A stretch of 64,000 nucleotides of DNA from contig CBDFII010000005.1 of the NCBI GenBank assembly GCA_965248115.1, positions 341,197 through 405,196 of the forward strand, written 5' to 3'. Positions 8,733 through 16,668 of this stretch are shown here, in pieces. The notes under the pieces were generated by a model, which did no database searches, had not been told where the DNA came from, and worked only from the letters and a program-made list of their open reading frames with translations. The position numbers were made by a program, and so were the translations under genes. The stretch's first letter is position 1; the number at the start of each line of letters is the position of its first letter. The DNA comes from Dehalococcoidia bacterium (GTDB taxonomy: Bacteria > Chloroflexota > Dehalococcoidia > Lucifugimonadales > CBDFII01).

Positions 8733-9536
8733 TCAGGAATCGAGAAGAAAGGGCAATGCCAGCTTGGCGAACTCCTCCGGCTGATATTCATGGGATTGCC
8801 CTGGAGAGTTTGGAATCACCCTATGAATAGAGCCTTTGATCGCCTTCTTTGCGCCCTCCTCATCGAAGTTCCGATCCCCATCGCCGTTGATTATTAGAGT
8901 AGCCACCTTTACCCTGGGTGCGATGGCCTCTATATCGAAGCTGGTAAACGTCTCCAAACTTAACCTTGACCAGTGGCGACTCTTACGCTTAATCTCCTCT
9001 CTTTTCTCAAATAGCTCCCTATTCAGGTTAGGGTTGCTCTTGACGGCCTCCTCCCACGAAAGAATAGGATCAACAGGTATATCATAAGATGTCATATCAG
9101 TAAATCGGGGCTCGATCTTGCTCGCAAAATAAGCCTCTCCCCTCTCAGTATTCCAGAATGGAAGCCCATCCAGCACCAACTTCTGGACCCGCTCAGGGTA
9201 GGTGGCTGCCATGTTCACTGCCACCATAGCCCCAGTATGGGCCGCTACCATGTTGACCTCCTTGATGCCCGCACTATCCATCAAGTCCAGAATGGCCTTA
9301 GTGTAGTCATCAACGGAGTATTTTCTCGGCGGAATGTCTGAATGGTCAAAACCAGGTGCATCTATGTTGTAGCAGGTAAAATGCTCGGCAAACTTGTCGA
9401 TAAGATTTCTCCAGCTCCATCCGCTCGATCCTGTACCGTGGAGAAAGATCAGAGGCTCCCCACTGCCCGCCTTGTAATAATAGACTCGCCCGTCTGGCCG
9501 GGATACGTAATGCTCTGTCCCCTTTATTGGAGTCAT
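8733..9536 (-). CDS. alpha/beta-fold hydrolase family protein
   Basis: HGTGSSGWSW oxyanion region, nucleophile-elbow region MVAAHTGAMVA, C-terminal GDGD and SHEYQPEEF (Asp/His positions). 267 aa. Confidence 0.7.
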   Translation of the reverse strand: MTPIKGTEHYVSRPDGRVYYYKAGSGEPLIFLHGTGSSGWSWRNLIDKFAEHFTCYNIDAPGFDHSDIPPRKYSVDDYTKAILDLMDSAGIKEVNMVAAHTGAMVAVNMAATYPERVQKLVLDGLPFWNTERGEAYFASKIEPRFTDMTSYDIPVDPILSWEEAVKSNPNLNRELFEKREEIKRKSRHWSRLSLETFTSFDIEAIAPRVKVATLIINGDGDRNFDEEGAKKAIKGSIHRVIPNSPGQSHEYQPEEFAKLALPFLLDS

Positions 9537-9694
9537 CGTAAAGAAACCTCCTACAAAGTCTTATTAAAATCCCTAAGACCTCAAAAGTGTTCCCGTACCC
9601 CCTGGATCGCCTTTCTCCCTTGCCCCTTTCCTTTTTCAGGAAGGATTTCCCATAGCGAAAGGCTGGGAAAGGGGGTAATTCTATATTTCTGAAG

Positions 9695-9780
9695 TGGTGC
9701 CGAGGGCGGGATTCGAACCCACACACCTGTTAGGGTAGCGGATTTTAAGTCCGCCGCGTCTACCATTCCGCCACCTCGGC
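9695..9780 (-). tRNA. tRNA-Leu(UAA), CCA encoded
   Basis: The reverse complement folds as a cloverleaf: acceptor GCCGAGG/CCTCGGC, anticodon stem GCGGA/TCCGC, loop CTTAAAA, long variable arm, T-loop TTCGAAT, 3' ACCA. Confidence 0.9.
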
Positions 9781-9859
9781 ATCGATTTATGGACAAAAAT
9801 TAAAGAGCAGGAAGGGCACACCTCAGGGTGGGCCACTTCCTGCATCCGACTCAAGTTGT

Positions 9860-9936
9860 TGGAGGCGACGGGCGGATTCGAACCGCCGAATAGAGGTTTT
9901 GCAGACCCCCGCCTTAGACCACTTGGCTACGTCGCC
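9860..9936 (-). tRNA. tRNA-Cys(GCA), CCA encoded
   Basis: Reverse complement GGCGACG..GGGGT-CTGCAAA-ACCTC..GGCGG-TTCGAAT-CCGCC-CGTCGCC-TCCA. Confidence 0.9.
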
Positions 9937-9952
9937 CCACATTAACTATCGA

Positions 9953-10039
9953 TGGTGCCGAGGGCGGGACTTGAACCCACACGGGCCTTAGCCCACGGCC
10001 CCCTCAAGACCGCGTGTCTACCATTTCCACCACCTCGGC
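9953..10039 (-). tRNA. tRNA-Leu(GAG), CCA encoded
   Basis: Acceptor GCCGAGG/CCTCGGC, anticodon stem CGGTC/GGCCG, loop TTGAGGG, long variable arm, T-loop TTCAAGT, 3' ACCA. Confidence 0.85.
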
Positions 10040-10772
10040 CTGTCCCAAACCCTCGTCAAAACTTTTCGCGCCCCATGACCAGTACCAGTAAGACTCTAAC
10101 TCCCAATCACCGATATTAAAGCCCAACTGTGCTTGTGCCCTTCGATTCCACAAGGTGTGAGTTTGGAACCACCTGCTTGCCGCTAGGGCCCATTACCTTA
10201 GCTTACAATACTGCCCTGTGATACCTCTGTCAAGGACAGCACAGATATAAGACACACCTTTGGGCTATCTAGCATCATGCCGCCGTGGCTCCATTCAGGC
10301 ACGCGATCGAGGGCATCTTAGCGGCTTATGTACGCGTCCTAAATCTCACGAGGAATACTCTCTCTGCTTGCTAGAGGGATTCGTGGCATGGCGCACTCCT
10401 TGCTTACAGGATTTCCTCATCAGAACCCGTATCCCAAGTGTGTGCATCTATCCGTCATTTTGGCAAAGTTAGCAACGGGCCCATTAGTTGTCAATGGCGT
10501 AACTAAAGTGTGCCTGGACTGTAAAAAATCGGCTGAAAATCCTTCTATTCTCACCTTTTCAGAGGATTAAGCATGAAGGGAATGGCACTATACTTTATTG
10601 ACCCTGGTTTTAAAGAGGTATGACAGGCATCAGTGGAAATGATAGGCGGAGACGAGGGATAAACTGACACGTGCGGTCCAATACTACTACCGACCTCGCT
10701 TAAGTCGAGCCAGTAAGGGTGGAAGTGGATTGTATCTATTTTTCACTCTATGGGAAAACCTAAAGGCCTTGA

Positions 10773-13238
10773 TTGAAACTCTGGATATGGTGGTCAGCGA
10801 CAAGGATGTCGACTAGAGCACGCTTTCTAACACCAGAACTTCACTCAGTGAGCCTGGTCCTTATGGAAGTTTGCTGGCTGGTGGCTCTGATTGCTGTACC
10901 CCTGCTGGTAAACCCATATGGTGGATTCGCCTTCAGTATTTACAAGGCCGCCTTCCTTCGTATTTTAGTCGGTTTGATGGTAGCCCTTTGGATCCTCAAG
11001 ACGGGGCTATCCCTCGTCTACTCCCAAGACTCCTTTCACCAACAGGGCCAAACTCTTCAAGCACGGACGAGGGATTTCCTGAAGGGCCCGTTGATGGGGC
11101 CTGTTGTCGCATTGATCCTGATCTATGTTCTCGCAACCATGCTCTCCATTTCTCCTTCCACCAGCCTTTGGGGGGAAGCCTCCAGGATGGACGGAAGTTA
11201 CACGACCTTCGCATTGCTGGCCTATTTTCTAATAGTAGCCTGGGAGCTACGTACCGCTGCCCAGGTCCATCGGATCGTTTGGGCCATTATTGTGGGCAGC
11301 AGTTTGGTCTCCCTATTAGGTATCGCTGAGTGGCTAGGGTGGTCCCCGTGGTTAGTGCAGGAATCCGGCGCCTTGCGCCTTGGCGCCGACATTGGCGAGC
11401 GCATTGTCGGCACCGCTGGAAATGCTACGGCAACAGGTGCTTATCTGGTCTTAACCACAGCGCTGCTAGTAGGAAAGTGGCTCCATCTCTGGGCCAGACG
11501 GGTGGAACAGCCTTCTCAGCAGCTCTCTCTGTGGCTAGTGGGGCTAGGACTACTCTTGTTGGCGCATTTGGCAGCCCTGCTCTTCACCCTCTCAAGAGGG
11601 CCCTGGGTTGGGTTGGTAGTAATGATGGCAGTATTAGTGGCTATCCTATTGGTCAAGAACCGTCGTTGGCGCATGCTTGGCCTGGCTGGGTTGATATTGG
11701 TTTTGGGGTTCCTCTTTCAGATCGGGTTGAGCCAACCAAGTTCCCCCATTCACAGCCTCAGTGACCTACCCCACCTATCTCGTGTGGAGGCGATAACGGA
11801 CCTAGGACGCCCAAGGGCGCTGACCTGGGATGCTACGAAGAACCTGATCGTCAACCATCCCTCCGTGACATCAACAGGGGACGCCTGGAACTGGGCAAGA
11901 CCTTTGGTGGGTTACGGCCCCGAAACTCTACGGATGGCCTTTGAGAGGGTGTTCCCCGCAGAGCTGCGACACCTGTCCCCAAACGTAAGAGTAGATCGGG
12001 CCCACAACATCGTGCTGGACCTTATGGCTACCGTGGGTCTCCTGGGGCTACTAGCCTTCGGTTGGGTCGTTGGTACCTTCTTCTTCTATGCAGGTCGGCT
12101 GTTGAAACGTACACAGCGATGGGAGGATCAGCCCCTCCTGGCGGCTTTGGCCGCTGCCGTTGCCGGCTATCTGGTGACTCAACTTGTTGGCATAAGTGCT
12201 CAAGCTGACCAGCTAGTCTTTTGGACCCTACTTGCGGTCATGGTGGCGTTGATCCGCGGGATCCCGCTGGTTCAGGCCACCCAGCCATCCTCTCTGGGTG
12301 CGGCCTCTAAGGACGAGAAGCTCCTTGTTTCCAAAAGACGATGGCTGGTGCCAGGGGTTACGGTCCTGGCCCTGATGTCTGGCATTCTCTTCTTCAGCCT
12401 TTACATTAACGTCAATCTGATGTGGGACGATATACAGACGCGAAAAGGTGCAGACCTTTTCAAGGAGGGCAGGTGGACGGAAGCCACCTTCTACTTCGAA
12501 CGAGCTCCTCACTCAGCTCCCTTGGTTGCTTTAAACAAGTGGCACCTGGCGCGAGCCTACTCCCTTCAGGCGCTGGAAGTCACCGATCCAGATGCGAAGG
12601 GGGGATTGCTGGAGCTGGCCGGCGACAGCATCGACCAGGCACGTGCCCTGCAACCCGCCGAGGCGGGGTATCACCAAAGAGCCGGGCTTATCTACAGCTA
12701 CTGGACTTTGACCAAAGACCCTTCCAAATATGACCAAGCTGTGAATGCCTTTAGTGAGGCCGCCGCCGTGAGTCCAACCCGGGTTAATATCTACAATCAG
12801 TGGGCAGACCTAGAGATTCATAGACGTAACTACGAAAGGGCGCTTGAGTTGCTGCATCACTCCCTGGATATAGATCCCAAATGGGCGCCAACCCACTTTC
12901 AATTGGGAAAGGTTCATGCAATGTTGGGGCAGAACAAAAAGGCGGCAGCTGCATACCAGCGTTCTGTTGAACTTTTCCCCACCATGCTGCAAATATATTC
13001 GGACGCTACTCATCCTGATCTACTAGCAAGCTTTGGGAATCCCGCAGACTCTAAAGCGTACGCAGAGCTATATGTGGAATCTCAGCCGACACAGTGGGAG
13101 GGCCGATTGTTTCTTGCAACTGTATATCGAAACCTTGGAATGACCAGGGTTGCTTGGGAACAGGCAAAGATTTCTTTGTCTTTGGCTCCCGCATCATCTC
13201 AGGGGCAGATTCGGCAGCTCATGGATTCTCTGCGATGA
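10773..13238 (+). CDS. O-antigen-ligase/Wzy_C-like polytopic membrane protein fused to C-terminal TPR domain
   Basis: About 500 aa of TM helices with a Wzy_C-like LFTLSRGPWVGL segment, then about 280 aa of TPR-like repeats (e.g. ALELLHHSLDIDPKWAPTHFQLGKVHAMLGQNKKAAAAYQRSVELFP). Start uncertain (TTG 10773 or ATG 10806). Confidence 0.7.
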   Translation: MKLWIWWSATRMSTRARFLTPELHSVSLVLMEVCWLVALIAVPLLVNPYGGFAFSIYKAAFLRILVGLMVALWILKTGLSLVYSQDSFHQQGQTLQARTRDFLKGPLMGPVVALILIYVLATMLSISPSTSLWGEASRMDGSYTTFALLAYFLIVAWELRTAAQVHRIVWAIIVGSSLVSLLGIAEWLGWSPWLVQESGALRLGADIGERIVGTAGNATATGAYLVLTTALLVGKWLHLWARRVEQPSQQLSLWLVGLGLLLLAHLAALLFTLSRGPWVGLVVMMAVLVAILLVKNRRWRMLGLAGLILVLGFLFQIGLSQPSSPIHSLSDLPHLSRVEAITDLGRPRALTWDATKNLIVNHPSVTSTGDAWNWARPLVGYGPETLRMAFERVFPAELRHLSPNVRVDRAHNIVLDLMATVGLLGLLAFGWVVGTFFFYAGRLLKRTQRWEDQPLLAALAAAVAGYLVTQLVGISAQADQLVFWTLLAVMVALIRGIPLVQATQPSSLGAASKDEKLLVSKRRWLVPGVTVLALMSGILFFSLYINVNLMWDDIQTRKGADLFKEGRWTEATFYFERAPHSAPLVALNKWHLARAYSLQALEVTDPDAKGGLLELAGDSIDQARALQPAEAGYHQRAGLIYSYWTLTKDPSKYDQAVNAFSEAAAVSPTRVNIYNQWADLEIHRRNYERALELLHHSLDIDPKWAPTHFQLGKVHAMLGQNKKAAAAYQRSVELFPTMLQIYSDATHPDLLASFGNPADSKAYAELYVESQPTQWEGRLFLATVYRNLGMTRVAWEQAKISLSLAPASSQGQIRQLMDSLR

Positions 13239-13548
13239 AACAGGGCTTCGACAAAAGCAAGCTATCTTCTCTGGTGCGGATTGCCCGGTCATGAAAATCC
13301 ACTGATCAAAAGTCCCACATCAGAATTGATAACTATAAACCGTCGCTATAGCTGTTGACTCCTTGCCCAGAGGACAGCATGTTTCATGCAGTCCACCCTT
13401 GTTTAGGTGGAATGTACCACTGACGTAACTACTCTGGCCAACTGGTAGGTTGATGGTGGCCTCCATGACCGGAATACCCGCTATTCTGTCCCTAAAATTG
13501 GGAGTATCATCGTATAGAAAAGGGAAGAGTGATGCCAAGGAGGATTAG

Positions 13549-16155
13549 GTGGCGATGCGCCTTATGCGTATCTTGACTTCTCCCCAGCGCTTGTGGAGCA
13601 AACTACCTCGTTTTCACCTCCCACAGCTACCTTTCATGCCTCGACTACCTCGGCTATTTATTGGCCGACGTCGCACTCTTTTCTTGGGCGGGATAGGGAC
13701 AGCAGCTATCGTACTACTGCTGGGATTTTTCGTCGTGGACGGTGTTTTCGCCGCTAGAGAGACTCGCCATGCCTTCAAGGCTCTGGAAGCGGAACTAACC
13801 CATCTCACAGCAGTGGATTTCCTTCAGGTAGGAACCCACTCCTCTTTAAAGGGACTCTTCCGTGAGGCCGAGGAGGCTGCGGGGCGGCTACGCTCCCGTA
13901 TACGTCCGCTAACACTCCTTCAGTGGTTACCAGTAGTGGGAGACTCCATCGAGAGGGGAATGCTTTTAGTAGATGCGGGCTTCTTCGGGGCGAGGGCAGG
14001 GAGTAAGCTTTCTGACGCCTTCCAGGCGGCGTTGGAGTCGACTATTGCGGAAGACATAGAGGGAGAGAAGTTAGCGAACCAAGTGGCCAAATCCCTCCGC
14101 GACTCTGCGACCCAGTTGAGCCAGACTCAGGAGGACTTGCAACGCGTTGCTCAGCTTCGGGAAAGGATGCGTAACCTGAGCGTCGCTGGTCGGTATGTGT
14201 CCCTGATGGACAGCTACCTCCCTGCCATTGACACTCTGGTGTACTTGAGCCGGACCAGCCCGGAGCTGATAGGTAGTAGCTACGTTATCACCAGAGAGGT
14301 GTCCAATCTAGGGAAACGAGCCGTTGACCCCCTTGAGGTGATTTCAAACCCTGGGGATATGAGGCAGGCTTTAGACCGCATCAAAAAGCAGGCCCTAGCC
14401 TTGGAATCTTCTCTGGTAGTAGTCAGGCAGGCGGTCGAGGGAGAGGGAGACGCGGAGAGCATACGTGCCACTGTCAAAGCTATGGAACGGGGAGTAAGGC
14501 TATTGCGCCATCTTACCAATGGTATTCAGGGCCTCGTTATTACGGCAGAGGCGGGGGCATCGGCGGGCTTTCTATCGGAGGAATTTGGCTCGACTGCTGG
14601 CGTTGAGCTGGAGAGAGCAGTACAGGAGCTAGAGCTTGCAAGGCAACAGGCTGTGTCACTTCAATCGCTCCGCCTAGGTGAAGATGAAGCGGCGTTGGCG
14701 TCCCTACTGCCTGTGACTATATTTGATGAACAGCCGGGGATTCCCGTCGGAACGGTGAAGAGATTGGAACTACTGCTGGATCAGGTAATCGACGCCACTG
14801 CTTTTCTACGTACCTTCCTTGGCTTTGAAGGACCAAGGACTTATCTGCTATTAGGACAAAACCAGAACGAGATCCGAGCCACTGGGGGATTCATTGGCGT
14901 AGCCGTGGAGATGAAACTGGACGAAGGCCGGTTGGTCGACCTCATCTATCACGACAGCACAACCGTGGATCCCCAACCATACAGCCTCAATCCCTCACCC
15001 CCCGACGGCCTCTACTGGTATCTATGGCATGACCGCATGCTCTTCCGAGACGCCAACTGGAATCCTCACTTTCCGGCTGCAGCGGCCAAGCTCGCCCAAA
15101 TCTTTCAATTGGGGCAGGGTGTCAAGGTGGATGGCGTGATCACGGGCTCAAAGGGGCTCACGCTGGACATGGTGGAGCTCCTCGGAGACGTCAAGGTGCC
15201 AGAGGTGGAAGAGGTCCTTAGCAGGGATAGGGCAGAAGGCCTTCGGCGTAAGCGTCTGCCCTATCCCTACCTCCCTAGGCACACGTCCACTCGTGACAAG
15301 CGGTGCTTTGATGAGGACCTGTTCTTTCAGCTTAAGGAACGCCTTACAGCGAGCACTCCTCCCCTCGTAAGGCGGCAACTGGTAGAGCTTTTGCGAAGTC
15401 ATATAGAGCGCAAGAACATATTCATCCACGTTTTCGATCCCGAGGAAGGGAGCTTCTTGTGGGAGAGAGGCTGGAACGGAGCGATCACCCCCGTCGACCA
15501 CGATTACCTAATGGTGATAGACAGCTCACTACCGGGCCACGCTGTGGCCCAAGTAGAGCGTAATTTAGAGTACAGCGTTTCCCTCAATACTGACCAGCCC
15601 CTAGAGGCACGTCTTCGCCTCCGCTACAGTCATGGAGTAGAGCCCCGACAGAATGTGTGCCGCCAGTCGGAGGCAGGTGGACTGGAAAATTGCTACTGGA
15701 ACTTCTTTCGAGTGTACGTCTCCTCTATGGCAACGGAGATCTACATGCCCAAGGTGCCTCTTCACCCAGGAGCGGAAAAGCTTATCTGGGGATACCCTGA
15801 CGCCGACTCCGCCTCGATAGTGCGTAACGCTGATATCGGTCCAGCAGCTCTTACCGAGCTGAGCGGCTACATGGTGGCAGAGCCGGGGAGCACCACAACA
15901 ATACCCATCCAGTACCAGCTTCCATCAGGAATCCTTCGCTCCATCGGCACCAACCTCTACGAGTACCGCCTATTGATCCAGAAACAACCAGGCATGGATA
16001 GCGACGGGATAAGTGTGGCCGTGGAGCTTCCACCCAACGTGCAACTGCAACGGGCGTCTCCAAGTTCCTTCTTGCAACAGGGAAGATGGTTAGTGTTCGA
16101 CTTTATCTTGGAGTCCGATACTCTGGTGACGGTCTTATTCCGGACTGGCGGATAG
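13549..16155 (+). CDS. DUF4012 domain membrane-anchored protein
   Basis: One N-terminal TM helix, then a large domain with the DUF4012-type motif NQNEIRATGGFIGVAVEM. SD AAGGAGG upstream (GTG 13549 or ATG 13555). Confidence 0.7.
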   Translation: MAMRLMRILTSPQRLWSKLPRFHLPQLPFMPRLPRLFIGRRRTLFLGGIGTAAIVLLLGFFVVDGVFAARETRHAFKALEAELTHLTAVDFLQVGTHSSLKGLFREAEEAAGRLRSRIRPLTLLQWLPVVGDSIERGMLLVDAGFFGARAGSKLSDAFQAALESTIAEDIEGEKLANQVAKSLRDSATQLSQTQEDLQRVAQLRERMRNLSVAGRYVSLMDSYLPAIDTLVYLSRTSPELIGSSYVITREVSNLGKRAVDPLEVISNPGDMRQALDRIKKQALALESSLVVVRQAVEGEGDAESIRATVKAMERGVRLLRHLTNGIQGLVITAEAGASAGFLSEEFGSTAGVELERAVQELELARQQAVSLQSLRLGEDEAALASLLPVTIFDEQPGIPVGTVKRLELLLDQVIDATAFLRTFLGFEGPRTYLLLGQNQNEIRATGGFIGVAVEMKLDEGRLVDLIYHDSTTVDPQPYSLNPSPPDGLYWYLWHDRMLFRDANWNPHFPAAAAKLAQIFQLGQGVKVDGVITGSKGLTLDMVELLGDVKVPEVEEVLSRDRAEGLRRKRLPYPYLPRHTSTRDKRCFDEDLFFQLKERLTASTPPLVRRQLVELLRSHIERKNIFIHVFDPEEGSFLWERGWNGAITPVDHDYLMVIDSSLPGHAVAQVERNLEYSVSLNTDQPLEARLRLRYSHGVEPRQNVCRQSEAGGLENCYWNFFRVYVSSMATEIYMPKVPLHPGAEKLIWGYPDADSASIVRNADIGPAALTELSGYMVAEPGSTTTIPIQYQLPSGILRSIGTNLYEYRLLIQKQPGMDSDGISVAVELPPNVQLQRASPSSFLQQGRWLVFDFILESDTLVTVLFRTGG

Positions 16156-16668
16156 GGATAGATGTGGGAGGCTGAGTAACTCAGTGTTAGTGGTGTGAAC
16201 CATTAGCCGACTCCTCTACGGACCGGCACTGGTTGGATGGTGGTATTGAGCAAGGGGCGCCGCACAAACAATCATCAGAAATACCAACATAAAGGGCGCG
16301 CTGCATACGATGCTAATAAACCCTGTTGGGAGACCCGTCCCAATGTTGGGACAGCGCTTCTCGTGCTACTTCATAAGCCGAGTAACCAAGAATTATCTCG
16401 CCCACTCTATTCCAACAGGCTACCACCCAAGGTTGGTTAACCGAAGAGCTTCCTCCGCATTGACCACACCATCGCCATTTACGATCAACCCGTACCATCA
16501 ACGCGAACTTCCCCCCATTCAGAGGGCTCCATGCTCCAGCTCCCTTTTAACTGTCCGCCTGAATCAAGCTAAAGGCTTGTAACGGCAAGGCCAATGGAAT
16601 GCAATTTTGAATGTTCGTACAGCAATGTCTTATGATGAGTCTTCCTATGCTGTCAGCAAAAAGGGGAG

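Noticed and set aside
9346-9796. ORFs 9342..9692, 9346..9726 and 9581..9796 spanning the tRNA-Leu region.
   Set aside because: They run through a clear tRNA gene and the promoter region of the hydrolase gene. They show no motifs.
13320-13538. 72-aa minus-strand ORF in the gap between the ligase-TPR and DUF4012 genes.
   Set aside because: It has no RBS and no motif. Its start would overlap the SD of the DUF4012 gene. It is flanked by plus-strand genes.
16441-16500. Minus-strand reading IVNGDGVVNAEEALRLTNLGW, resembling a dockerin/EF-hand-like DxNGDG loop.
   Set aside because: Only about 25 codons lie between stops, with no second repeat. This is too short to distinguish from chance.
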